A stretch of DNA of 59,892 nt, taken from a virus. Its lineage: Duplodnaviria; Caudoviricetes. The notes under the pieces are model-generated. The model saw only the letters and a program-made list of their open reading frames with translations, did not search any database and was not told the origin of the DNA. The position numbers and the translations under genes are program-made. Positions 1 to 9,247 of this stretch are shown here, piece by piece (position 1 is the stretch's first letter; the number at the start of each line of letters is the position of its first letter). The DNA lies in the IMG/VR virus record IMGVR_UViG_3300031864_000001, positions 1 through 59,892 of that record; one strand, given 5' to 3'.

Positions 1-51
1 ATTCCTCACAAACAGACCATAAAAAAGAAAGGCCCATGATTAAAATTATCG

Positions 52-324
52 TTAGTATTCCTTGTCTAATTGTTTCTTCTTTGTGACCTCTTTTTCATAG
101 AGGCTTGTTGCCCAATTATGAGCATTGGAAAAGTATGCCTGTATTTCCTCAATAAATTCCGCGACACCCTGAGCCTTGAAAATCTCTTCAGATTTATTGG
201 TTGACCTCAATTTCTTATTGACAATGGGGTTCGCATTATCAATGAGCTTTTCAATCGCCTCAAAATCCCCCCTGGCAATAGCCAGCATTTCAGCGGCATC
301 CTCTATTTTCGGTAACCATTTCAT
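52..324 (-). CDS. Small protein downstream of portal (head-module hypothetical)
   Basis: 90-aa ORF overlapping the portal stop (ATGA coupling); positional call only. Confidence 0.6.
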   Translation of the reverse strand: MKWLPKIEDAAEMLAIARGDFEAIEKLIDNANPIVNKKLRSTNKSEEIFKAQGVAEFIEEIQAYFSNAHNWATSLYEKEVTKKKQLDKEY

Positions 325-2423
325 ACCCGTAGTCCTCGACCTTGGATTGTTTGACCGGGTGATTGGCCTTTTGGATTGCCTGCGGCATCAATGGCCGCTG
401 CGGGTGGAATTTCACCGCCTTGCTCGATATTTAATTCTTCCATGGCGGCAGCCTGCATGGCGTCGAGTTCATCATTGCTAAAAAGGATCTTACCCGAATC
501 CATTTTCATGGAATCGAAAGCCTCCCTCAACATATGGGCCCGTCCTTTATCGGAGATTACTTTCCGATCCCAATCATTATTCGTCCTATCCAGCATCTCA
601 GATCGTCTTAACTGGAGCTGTTCAGCAATAAATAATTGTTCGCTCGCCCGCGCTATCACATTGATATCACCTATTTTGTCTATATCCTGGTCGTACAACA
701 TCACATGATTCCAATGCTCTTTAATGCTTGGGCTTATGACCTTTTCGTCAATATGGGCTATTACGCCCTTGAGGGTCTTGCTGGCAGCGTTCATCAGCAT
801 ACTCAAACCGCTGGCCGTCTTGCCCGCGCCTCCGATCTCCTGGGAGCCGTACACATAAGCCGGTATTCCGCTCTGTTCGGAGGCTTGCTTAAAGAAATAC
901 TCATAGACCTTTAACAATATATCAACGATTGGGTCAGGTTGGAAAAAATTCAGAGCCCGATTATCGGCTCCTGTTCCATCATCTACTGTTTTCCAAATCT
1001 TCCATGGGTACATTTCTTCAACGTTTTCAGATGGGTCCATTCGATTCATATAGGCTTCTACCTGTGGTCCAGAAGCTATACCCATGTTATTGACAATTGC
1101 CCGGGCCGTTGCGTTACAAATATCTTGGCAATCGTCCATTAATTCAGGTGGAGACTTACCCCAAATGGAATCATTGACGCTTTCAAAACTTGCCGCATAA
1201 TACGGGCGATGCCCAAGGGGATGCGGATTGAGCCGGGACATAATCACATAATTGCCTATCAACCAGGCTGTGATCTGATAATCAATATCTGTGTCCGGCA
1301 CCTGTTTTCCCGACATACCCCATTCAAGAAGTTTTCTACCCTGGACACTTCCCCAAAATACAAGCACATCAATAGGCGGATCTGGATCATTTTGTTCTTG
1401 TGGCCGATCAAGGGCTGTTGCCATTTGTTGATCTATGGATAGCCATTCACGGAGACCGCCTTCCCCGTATTCGTTCAATACTGCCCTAATAGCTGATTCC
1501 TTGAATCCCGGAACACCGATAAAGGTATTTAATTCAGATCGTCTTACCCGGATGCGTTCAATCAAATATCCATCCTGAATATTCTTTGCGCCAGGGCTCG
1601 GGAAAAGATTAATGCCGGCTACCCTTTGGTATTCTCTGACGGGCTTTATTTCGATTGCAGGCACGTAATTCCCGTTCTGGTCCTCTGTCCAGACCATCTT
1701 TTTCTTGCGCCTGATTACCGGTCCCTTTAGAAAAGCAGTAGGATAAGTAACCAGATCATTTATAAATTCACTTAAAGCCTTGTAATAATTGCCTTCTACC
1801 AATTGATCATTGATATGCTCCTCAAATCTATCGGCAGCCTTTTTGGCCTTCTCTTTTTTCTCTTCCAGGACTTTATCCTGTATTTCCAGCAATCTGTCTT
1901 GAATCTTCTCCGCGCTGACCGATTCAACGCCCTTCATCATCATTAATTGGACGACTTCTTCCTTGACCTGGGTCTGTATTTCAACTTCTTTCCCTTCCGG
2001 AAGGGTTGGAACAGGAGTAGGAGACAAGGCCCATGGCTTCTCGCCAGGGGGCAAGAGAATATCCCGAATCCATGATTCGGCGGCCCTGCATTTAACATTC
2101 GTCAGCTTCATGTAAATTGCTGAACCACCTTGTTTATGGATCTTGGCCAGCTTTTCGGCGGTATACTCTCCGTTGCGCCTATTCAGGCACTCAACAAATC
2201 GTTGCTGAATATTGTTGCCCTGTTTTGCCCGTTTTGCGGCGGACCACGCGCTCTGGATATGATCAGCCAAGGATAACAATTCCGGCTTTTGCTGTTCCTC
2301 TATGGCCTTCTGCCGGTTCTGTTCAGACTTTTCAATATCCTGTAGCTTTGATTCTGGAGTTCGAACCAATAATCCATAACCATGGGCAGGCGTATTTTCT
2401 GTTGGTGAGGCTGTTGGGTTCAT
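321..2423 (-). CDS. Portal protein
   Basis: 700 aa; follows terminase; LADHIQSAWSAAKRAK, TNVKCRAAESW and TASGLSMLMNAASK segments resemble podovirus-type portals. Confidence 0.85.
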   Translation of the reverse strand: MNPTASPTENTPAHGYGLLVRTPESKLQDIEKSEQNRQKAIEEQQKPELLSLADHIQSAWSAAKRAKQGNNIQQRFVECLNRRNGEYTAEKLAKIHKQGGSAIYMKLTNVKCRAAESWIRDILLPPGEKPWALSPTPVPTLPEGKEVEIQTQVKEEVVQLMMMKGVESVSAEKIQDRLLEIQDKVLEEKKEKAKKAADRFEEHINDQLVEGNYYKALSEFINDLVTYPTAFLKGPVIRRKKKMVWTEDQNGNYVPAIEIKPVREYQRVAGINLFPSPGAKNIQDGYLIERIRVRRSELNTFIGVPGFKESAIRAVLNEYGEGGLREWLSIDQQMATALDRPQEQNDPDPPIDVLVFWGSVQGRKLLEWGMSGKQVPDTDIDYQITAWLIGNYVIMSRLNPHPLGHRPYYAASFESVNDSIWGKSPPELMDDCQDICNATARAIVNNMGIASGPQVEAYMNRMDPSENVEEMYPWKIWKTVDDGTGADNRALNFFQPDPIVDILLKVYEYFFKQASEQSGIPAYVYGSQEIGGAGKTASGLSMLMNAASKTLKGVIAHIDEKVISPSIKEHWNHVMLYDQDIDKIGDINVIARASEQLFIAEQLQLRRSEMLDRTNNDWDRKVISDKGRAHMLREAFDSMKMDSGKILFSNDELDAMQAAAMEELNIEQGGEIPPAAAIDAAGNPKGQSPGQTIQGRGLRV

Positions 2424-2424
2424 A

Positions 2425-3111
2425 TTATGTCCATCCCTCAGCGTTTGTTAGCTTGTTTTCAGAGCTTTTGATTATAACCTCGTCACCAGCAAAACCCGTA
2501 ACAGCTTGTATACGCACTGGATTTTTCACTAAGCCGGCTAGTAAATATCGGAGAGCATGAAACGGATAAAATTGATTCGAGGTTATATCGCTCTCTTTGT
2601 TCATTTCATCAAATATCACCCTATCCATCGCGGTAGGGGTCACAAAAGATGATCTGGTTAGGGCTTTTTTAAGGTTCCAATCCTTTATAAGGGAATCCCC
2701 GTAAGCATAATCCTTTACCGAAGGTGCCCCTTTTAATCGCATGGAAGTCCTGTTGTCTGTAAAATATCTCCACAGGTCCCGATAGAACCCTTGAATCTGT
2801 CGCTTATCTTTTGACTGGTCGGCATATACCGTCGTCGCCTTCATCCGGGTACCGTCCTCCAAGACTTTTTTAAATAATTCCTCTTGAGAATGGCTTTCTC
2901 CTTCGACCAGAAACAGAAGGGGGTTTTTTTCAAAAATATTAGGCTCCCTTTGTATGCCTATAAACAGATAATATCCGGGATTATTATCTACCGGCTTTAC
3001 GATTGCCCCTCTAGCCTCATAAATGGCTATTTGCTGTTTGACGCCCGTATCATTAATGCAGTGCGCCAAAAATCCATCTGCAAAAGGCATTACGTAAAGA
3101 ACTTCTTTCAT
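2425..3111 (-). CDS. Hypothetical protein, possibly a degenerate terminase RNase H-like nuclease domain
   Basis: 228 aa between terL and portal; TVYAD and C-terminal FHALRYLLAG recall the DALRY motif of terminase nuclease domains. Confidence 0.5.
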   Translation of the reverse strand: MKEVLYVMPFADGFLAHCINDTGVKQQIAIYEARGAIVKPVDNNPGYYLFIGIQREPNIFEKNPLLFLVEGESHSQEELFKKVLEDGTRMKATTVYADQSKDKRQIQGFYRDLWRYFTDNRTSMRLKGAPSVKDYAYGDSLIKDWNLKKALTRSSFVTPTAMDRVIFDEMNKESDITSNQFYPFHALRYLLAGLVKNPVRIQAVTGFAGDEVIIKSSENKLTNAEGWT

Positions 3112-3113
3112 TC

Positions 3114-4739
3114 TTATCCCTGAAATCTTGGTTGTGGGGTGCTCATCCTGGCCATAGCCTCATAACATTGAGCCAGCCTGAAATGATCCGGGCCCCCTAG
3201 TTTCGGTACATAGATATATCTCAACTGCCCTGTCTGTTCATCCTCCACTAATTTCTTGGCCGTGGCATGACAATGAGCAGCAAATTGTTCTATCAATCCC
3301 GTTCTGCGCGGGATCTCCACTAAACCGTCAGATAATTCCTTGTGTGAGGCGTCCATGGCCTCTGTCCGGTAAGAGGTTACGGTGTAATCCTTTTCATTCC
3401 ACGCATACGAGCCTTTCTGGTGTTCTGAAAAATAAGAGAGAAAGACTTTCCCGGGGAACCTATGAGCAAACTTTCGGGCATCGTTTTGGTTTGGCAGCCC
3501 ATCAATAACGCATCGTGCCACATGAAACCTTTGCATCAAGGCATCCAGCTCTGACCAGCCCTTTTCAATGGTGATATGGACTATCTTTCCGTCTTTATCC
3601 GCTGCAGGGTGCTTTTTGCCAATTACGATATGGAATAAATCCTGCTCGCCTCCGCCCTGGTCAATACCCATAAAGCAAGGTCCGGGATCCGAAGAGGCGA
3701 TCCCGTCCAGGCCACAGCAATCATAAATGTCTTGCTCTGACAATCGATTTTCCGCTTCGATATATGCCCGGCCAAGCCGTAGCCGGATAAAATTCGCCCG
3801 GTCAATATTTGGATTTTCCCATTGGTTCAAGAGTGATTTAACATCAATCCAACCATAAGACGGGTGGCCAATAGTAAAACCGATAATGTCTTTCTCCATG
3901 GGTCTGGCTGACACCCATTCACCGAACCGGGGATCCAGCTCCCGGCCACAATGCCGACATGCACGGATAACAGAGCCGTCTTTCTGTCGCTTTAATACGG
4001 CACACTCCTTATTTGGATCCCAATATTCCTCCAAGTCCAGACAGGTATACCAGCCGCAATGCTGGCACTTGACATGCCAATATTCCTGGTCTGAGTCCTG
4101 AAATTTTCGGTCAATCCCGTAATCCGGTAAGGTCGGATTCGCTAAGTAGGATCTAGTATGGATAGGAGATTTCGAAAGCCGGCCGGCGACAAACTCATCA
4201 ATCCCAGGGTGCATTTCATCGTATTCGTCATGCACAGCATGGTCTGCTGGATCGCCTTTAAGAGCCGAGCTGGTCTTCATCTCCTTTTTCAGATCCTGAC
4301 CTAGCCGGCCAGACCTGAAATAAAGAAACCCGGAGCCGATCCGTTTGAGGGTAGCGGAGTCGGTATCTCGAACGAATCGGCCTATTGTCTCCGGATTTTC
4401 CTGGATGAGAGGTCTAAAGCGGGACTTGGAAAACTCTGAAACCTTCTCGCGGTTAGGGAAAAGATAATATACTCCACTAGGATAATAGCCATAAATCATA
4501 CCGTTAAGCGTATTGAGGACCTCGCCTTCGGTGAAGGTTCCCTGGGTTCCTTTCTTGATCACTTTAATCGGAGGCCTGATACTCATTGGCCGGACCTGAA
4601 ATTCGTGTTGATTCAAGATAAAGGGCCCGGGCACCAATTTAATCCCTCTTGTATAAGCCCAATACCAGGGATTACAGGCGCAAAGAGCCTCTTCAGCTCC
4701 CGGACTTAATATCTCTGCGGTGTTCGTTAAGGATTGCAT
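3114..4739 (-). CDS. terL: Terminase large subunit, GpA-like
   Basis: KGTQGTFTE P-loop variant, HDEYDEM Walker B, ANPT coupling motif, CQHCG/CRHCG Zn pairs, GIDQG nuclease Asp. Confidence 0.88.
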   Translation of the reverse strand: MQSLTNTAEILSPGAEEALCACNPWYWAYTRGIKLVPGPFILNQHEFQVRPMSIRPPIKVIKKGTQGTFTEGEVLNTLNGMIYGYYPSGVYYLFPNREKVSEFSKSRFRPLIQENPETIGRFVRDTDSATLKRIGSGFLYFRSGRLGQDLKKEMKTSSALKGDPADHAVHDEYDEMHPGIDEFVAGRLSKSPIHTRSYLANPTLPDYGIDRKFQDSDQEYWHVKCQHCGWYTCLDLEEYWDPNKECAVLKRQKDGSVIRACRHCGRELDPRFGEWVSARPMEKDIIGFTIGHPSYGWIDVKSLLNQWENPNIDRANFIRLRLGRAYIEAENRLSEQDIYDCCGLDGIASSDPGPCFMGIDQGGGEQDLFHIVIGKKHPAADKDGKIVHITIEKGWSELDALMQRFHVARCVIDGLPNQNDARKFAHRFPGKVFLSYFSEHQKGSYAWNEKDYTVTSYRTEAMDASHKELSDGLVEIPRRTGLIEQFAAHCHATAKKLVEDEQTGQLRYIYVPKLGGPDHFRLAQCYEAMARMSTPQPRFQG

Positions 4740-5184
4740 CTACCACCTTGTTGGCTGTATTGGTTAATAACTCCCGATCTGCCTCGCCTAATTTTGGTAT
4801 GACTTGAAGAGCGCCGGATATGTCATGTTTCTCAGCAGGATAATCCCCGCGGAGCTTATGAACATCCATCCTGGCTTTCTGGCTGGTCCCGATTAGATGA
4901 ACTTTGTACTGGACGATAGTTTCGCCATCACTGTAAAAACTAACGTCTTCATCCCCTTCTTTCCGGTGCTGTATTACTCCGGTGGACGCGATCACTTTAA
5001 AACCAGCCGGGAGGTCCTCAGGGTTAATCGCACCTTTGACTTTTATGATCTTCGGTTCCTTAGCCCTGAATTCCCTCTTTAACTGCCTGATCAAAAAATC
5101 ATCATCTATTCCACCTTTGATGAGAGTATCCTTGAAAGGATTCAGTAAATCTTCAGCGAGCTCTTCTGATGTCACTGTTTCCAT
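4693..5184 (-). CDS. Putative terminase small subunit
   Basis: 163 aa directly upstream of and overlapping terL; helical C-terminal region. Confidence 0.55.
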   Translation of the reverse strand: METVTSEELAEDLLNPFKDTLIKGGIDDDFLIRQLKREFRAKEPKIIKVKGAINPEDLPAGFKVIASTGVIQHRKEGDEDVSFYSDGETIVQYKVHLIGTSQKARMDVHKLRGDYPAEKHDISGALQVIPKLGEADRELLTNTANKVVDAILNEHRRDIKSGS

Positions 5185-5194
5185 ATTGGTAACT

Positions 5195-5224
5195 ATTATA
5201 AATCATTAAATAAATAGAGAGCAA
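5195..5224 (-). promoter_or_regulatory. Putative late promoter (TTGCTC-N18-TATAAT)
   Basis: Perfect TATAAT on - strand at 5195-5200, ~10 nt before the terS start. Confidence 0.5.
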
Positions 5225-5231
5225 CATCTGG

Positions 5232-5288
5232 TTAAGAAGGTATGGCTAAAAGGGGTATGATTAAGAAGGTATGATTAAGAAGGTATGA
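5232..5288. repeat. Four tandem ~14-bp repeats (TTAAGAAGGTATGA)
   Basis: Copies at 5232, 5246 (variant), 5261, 5275; intergenic, upstream of terS. Confidence 0.9.
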
Positions 5289-5300
5289 TTTTCACAAAAA

Positions 5301-5543
5301 TTAACTTTTTTTACTTTTTTCAAATCTTAGTTTAAATGAGAGCAGAAGGTGTTTATAGGTATAATATCTGTCTACTTTTTCACCACCTTTAGGCACCTTA
5401 CGTCTATTCACATACTTTCTTTCAAATAGAATTGGGTCAAGGTATGGTCTCACGTTTCGATAAAAACAATCCTTTGTCATATGTGGATCCCAAAACGCCA
5501 TTATCTCTGGAATTCCGTTTAATATTTCTAAATCCTGGTTCAT
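5301..5543 (-). CDS. Small putative winged-helix/Xis-like DNA-binding protein
   Basis: LNGIPEIMAF...CFYR pattern resembles excisionase/MerR-like HTH; basic C-terminus. Confidence 0.45.
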   Translation of the reverse strand: MNQDLEILNGIPEIMAFWDPHMTKDCFYRNVRPYLDPILFERKYVNRRKVPKGGEKVDRYYTYKHLLLSFKLRFEKSKKS

Positions 5544-5578
5544 ACATTGCTCTCTATATAATAATATATATAATACTA

Positions 5579-5980
5579 CTACTCAGTAGATACTATGTTA
5601 GTATGTGAGAGAAAATCCTCCGGTTTATATTCTTTTATCCGTGGGCTCCACCTCATAGCTTTACCGCCTCTTTTCAATTTTACTTTACGCCAGCCGATCA
5701 GTAACAGCCGGCCGCCGTTTTGAATCCATTGCAGGGCTTTGGGCGCCACCTCGGGATCCTCGGTTATTTTTTTATTGTGCTCACTGAAGGCCTGGCCGCA
5801 GGATTGTATGGCGATAATTGAGTTTTCACCCATGGCCACGATGTCACCGAAACCGAACATGTCTTTTCGTTTTCCGAATTTCCCCGCGTATGGATTGAAC
5901 TGTTCGACCTTGTCGGCTACCCAGCCTTGAGACCTGATATATTCAAAAGTCCGTGATGTATTGCTTATGCCTTTAGCCAT
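5579..5980 (-). CDS. PD-(D/E)XK nuclease, Holliday junction resolvase-like
   Basis: GWVADKVE...DMFGFGDIVAM...AIQ pattern; located after the replication genes. Confidence 0.7.
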   Translation of the reverse strand: MAKGISNTSRTFEYIRSQGWVADKVEQFNPYAGKFGKRKDMFGFGDIVAMGENSIIAIQSCGQAFSEHNKKITEDPEVAPKALQWIQNGGRLLLIGWRKVKLKRGGKAMRWSPRIKEYKPEDFLSHTNIVSTE

Positions 5981-6672
5981 TTATATTTCCCCCCTAGAAT
6001 TGCTAAAAACTTACTCTCAGTTATTAAAAAATCAAAATCAGCCTGCCAGTTGCGATCATTCTCGCCCATCAAAAAAGGCCGTTCTTTTATTATTTCAAAA
6101 TAATCCCTCCACCATTCAAGGGACTGTGTCTTTTCCGATTCAAGCCATCGAGCCTTTAAATGCTTTTTTCGGGTTTCTGATATTTTAACTACCCTCGGTA
6201 GTTCGGGTAGGATCTCATGGTATAAATCTACAATCTCCTGATAGGGAACTTTCACTATATTCTTTCTTTCTTTTGTAATACTTTCTTTTGTGGGTGACTG
6301 TTTAGATGACACCTCTATCGTCTGTTTAGATGACACTTTTGGGCTTGTCGTCTGTTTAGATGACACCCTCCATTGCTCATAATTCTTATTAAATCCATAT
6401 CTTATCCGACCTCTGTCATCTGTTTGGATGACTGTCATCTGTTTAGATGACAGTTTCTTTAATGTTCTATGTACAGCCCGACGATCCATTCCTGTCATTT
6501 TTGCGAACTGAGAAAGGGCTATCCAATCCGTTTTTTTCTGGAATCCGTATGTTTTTCTGAATATCGCCCATATTACCTGTATCTCTGCCCCTGATAGGTT
6601 CACCCTCATAAGTGCGTCAACAATTTCATTCGCAATCGGCGTGTATCCATCTTCAACCTGGGGGTTTGCCAT
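5965..6672 (-). CDS. Phage replication initiator (lambda O-like N-terminus)
   Basis: GYTPIANEIVDAL...IFRKTYGFQKKTDWIALSQF; internal iterons; C-terminal WQADFDFL...GKY. Confidence 0.88.
   Translation of the reverse strand: MANPQVEDGYTPIANEIVDALMRVNLSGAEIQVIWAIFRKTYGFQKKTDWIALSQFAKMTGMDRRAVHRTLKKLSSKQMTVIQTDDRGRIRYGFNKNYEQWRVSSKQTTSPKVSSKQTIEVSSKQSPTKESITKERKNIVKVPYQEIVDLYHEILPELPRVVKISETRKKHLKARWLESEKTQSLEWWRDYFEIIKERPFLMGENDRNWQADFDFLITESKFLAILGGKYKWLKA
6298..6453. repeat. Replication origin iterons (CTGTTTAGATGACA x5)
   Basis: Copies at 6298, 6322, 6352, 6420 (variant), 6439; 6432-6453 is a palindrome with 9-bp arms; AT-rich tract at 6250-6290. Confidence 0.85.
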
Positions 6673-6673
6673 A

Positions 6674-7972
6674 TCATAAACTCACATCTTTTTTTAAGGA
6701 TTTTTCGGGCCTCTCACCCTCGCTAAACCTCTGAAAATTCCCGTTAAACTCTAACCACTGGCTGAATCGCTCCTGGTCCTTGCCCTTCGCCAGGAAAGCC
6801 TCAACCGGATAAATCGTTTTGTCATCGTTCGGTGCGTAGAGAAATAAGATGTTGTCCGATAGGGTCCTGATATCTCCGGATTCCTTTAAATCGTCTAAAT
6901 TGGGGCGACCGACCACATCCTTCCGTAGCTGGCAGGCATAGATCACGGGGACATCGAGGTCCTTGGCCAGTTGCTTAAATAGGTTGACTATATAACTAAT
7001 TTCGTGGTGGCGTGTGTTATGCTTTTTCCTTGATGACATAAGCTGAAGGAAATCAATCATAATCGCTGAAACATCGTGCTGTAAGGCGTAGCTCTCCGCA
7101 TGGGCGCACAGACGTTCAACCTCCTGAAAAGCGCTGTTGTCTATTAGTATCAACCGGCTATTAACCAGCTCATTAATTCCATCAAGGATTTTTTCTTCTT
7201 GATCAGGACCGGTAAAACTGGACTTATTGAGCCGCGTAAGGGCAACCGCAGAATATCTGGCAATCTGTCGCGTGGCCAGCCTCTCCCGGGTGGATTCCAT
7301 AGAGTAGAATAAAACCGGACCGTATTGCCGGGAGATATTATCCCCTACCTGTAAGAGAAAGGCGCTTTTCCCCGTACCGGACTTCGCGGCTACCGCGTGA
7401 ATATACCCCTTTTCGAAATATATCTTATCCTTCAGGCAGGAAATACCGGAGTACAGCCCGGGCTCCTGTTTTTCATAGATTTTATGATATACCACATCAT
7501 ATAGACGCTGATTATCATCAACTTCAGTGTAATTGTGTCGCTCAATCAGGCGTATATTTTCTTTGAGTTTTTGCAGTAGGTTATCGGGTATTTCGGTATA
7601 TCCTTCTTGTGCTACGTCCATACCCAGAATAATTATCTTGCGTTGATCGGACCTTTCCTTGATTATGTGGACATGCGCCTGCCAGCCGGCAGAGGTACTG
7701 GTAACATCACTTAAAGACGTGATGTAATCATCCCCGCCGACTCTCTGATAGTTCTCAGCGAGCGCATCTTTCAATGTAACAAAATCTATCCGGATCTTTT
7801 TGTTATACAGGGCTATCATGGCTTCAAATATGAGCTGGTGGGCTTCCCGGTAGAAATCCTCCGGGCCTATGTCCTGCAGGACCTGGATAATTATCTGAGG
7901 CTTAATCAGGCAGGAGCATAAGAGGGCTTGTTCACCTTCGATTGAGTGGGGTAGGATTTTAATTTGATTCAT
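6674..7972 (-). CDS. dnaB: Replicative DNA helicase, DnaB family
   Basis: PHSIEGEQALL N-domain, AAKSGTGKS Walker A, SMES, IDFLQLM, QL...RPNLDDLKESG. Confidence 0.92.
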   Translation of the reverse strand: MNQIKILPHSIEGEQALLCSCLIKPQIIIQVLQDIGPEDFYREAHQLIFEAMIALYNKKIRIDFVTLKDALAENYQRVGGDDYITSLSDVTSTSAGWQAHVHIIKERSDQRKIIILGMDVAQEGYTEIPDNLLQKLKENIRLIERHNYTEVDDNQRLYDVVYHKIYEKQEPGLYSGISCLKDKIYFEKGYIHAVAAKSGTGKSAFLLQVGDNISRQYGPVLFYSMESTRERLATRQIARYSAVALTRLNKSSFTGPDQEEKILDGINELVNSRLILIDNSAFQEVERLCAHAESYALQHDVSAIMIDFLQLMSSRKKHNTRHHEISYIVNLFKQLAKDLDVPVIYACQLRKDVVGRPNLDDLKESGDIRTLSDNILFLYAPNDDKTIYPVEAFLAKGKDQERFSQWLEFNGNFQRFSEGERPEKSLKKDVSL

Positions 7973-7975
7973 TCT

Positions 7976-9247
7976 CTATTTCCTTATCCATTCGATTACT
8001 TTTTCGGGTGCATTAAGATTATTTAATATTTCTTTCTGAATATCAGAGGCCGGGATTTGGTCTTTAATCTCAAAATTAAAAATTATATCAAAACCCGGAT
8101 AATATTTTTTGAAAAAGCTATTTACTATGAATTTTGTTGCGTAACTAATTTCTACCCTCAAATCAAATCTACCGTTTCGGATTACAGCACTATCTAGTTT
8201 TTCTATATGGTTTGTTGTGGCAAATAAAATCCTCCCATGGACGGTTATTATGCCGTCAAGAGCATTTAGAACATCACTAATATTGGATAGAGTAAAATAA
8301 TGATGATGCTCTTCTGGTTTGGCTTGATTTGAGGTCGTTTTTTTTGGTTTTTCTTTAGATTCTCTTGGTTCTTTCTCTCTTTTATAAACCACGGGGTCTG
8401 AATCAATGTCTTCAATGAGCAAAATAGAATTATCTGGTAATTCCATTAAGGCCGTGTCTATCTCATGTAAATCACTTGCGCTTAATATATATAGACTTTT
8501 ATTATATTCAGATGCTATTGCCTTTATTAAGCTGGTCTTGCCGCAACCGGGATAACCATATAATAAAATTCCAGTCTGGTAAGGAATTCCGTGCTCAAGA
8601 CACCAAAGCTCATTCTGTAAAAATTGGTCTATATGAGAAATTATTTTATCTTTAACACGGGTATCTAAAAAGACGGTTTCTAAATTCCGTTTCGTTTGGT
8701 CTGTTACTTTTCTCCAATAATCTTTATTGAATTTATAAACCCTAATCTTATTCTTGGGGGCTCTCGCCTCTTTTTTTATTTCTTCAAACAAAGAGTCAAA
8801 GAATTTGTGTGATCTGCCTAAGATAGTTAGGGTAATTTCGTCGCGCTCCATTGTAGAAATGGTATTATCTATCTTTCGCATATCTACTTTCATGGGCACC
8901 CAACGATAAAAGAAAAAATGATTACCGTATCCTATCATTTTAACGGCCTCATCATCGCCCCACCTGCCCGATGAAACCTTTAATTTCCGTGCTTTGTTTA
9001 CATAACCTTGTTTATAAAACCATATAGCAAAATTATGGTAAGCCTGGCTTGAGCTTATTAGTATCATAGAGGTAGTGCTTTGTTTGGCTACAATAGCCCA
9101 AATTTTCCCCGGAACATTTCTTCCAAAATAAGACAAAACACCAAGGCCCCACAGGCTGATCGCACCGGCAATAACTTGATTGCTTTGGGCGTAAGTGTTG
9201 AAATTGCTTATCAATGTATTTACTATGTTTATTAGCCAATCTATCAT
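7976..9247 (-). CDS. BCS1-like membrane-anchored AAA+ ATPase
   Basis: N-terminal TM; GILLYGYPGCGKTS, LLIEDID, VLNALDG, TTNHIEKLDSAVIRNGRFD. Confidence 0.82.
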   Translation of the reverse strand: MIDWLINIVNTLISNFNTYAQSNQVIAGAISLWGLGVLSYFGRNVPGKIWAIVAKQSTTSMILISSSQAYHNFAIWFYKQGYVNKARKLKVSSGRWGDDEAVKMIGYGNHFFFYRWVPMKVDMRKIDNTISTMERDEITLTILGRSHKFFDSLFEEIKKEARAPKNKIRVYKFNKDYWRKVTDQTKRNLETVFLDTRVKDKIISHIDQFLQNELWCLEHGIPYQTGILLYGYPGCGKTSLIKAIASEYNKSLYILSASDLHEIDTALMELPDNSILLIEDIDSDPVVYKREKEPRESKEKPKKTTSNQAKPEEHHHYFTLSNISDVLNALDGIITVHGRILFATTNHIEKLDSAVIRNGRFDLRVEISYATKFIVNSFFKKYYPGFDIIFNFEIKDQIPASDIQKEILNNLNAPEKVIEWIRK

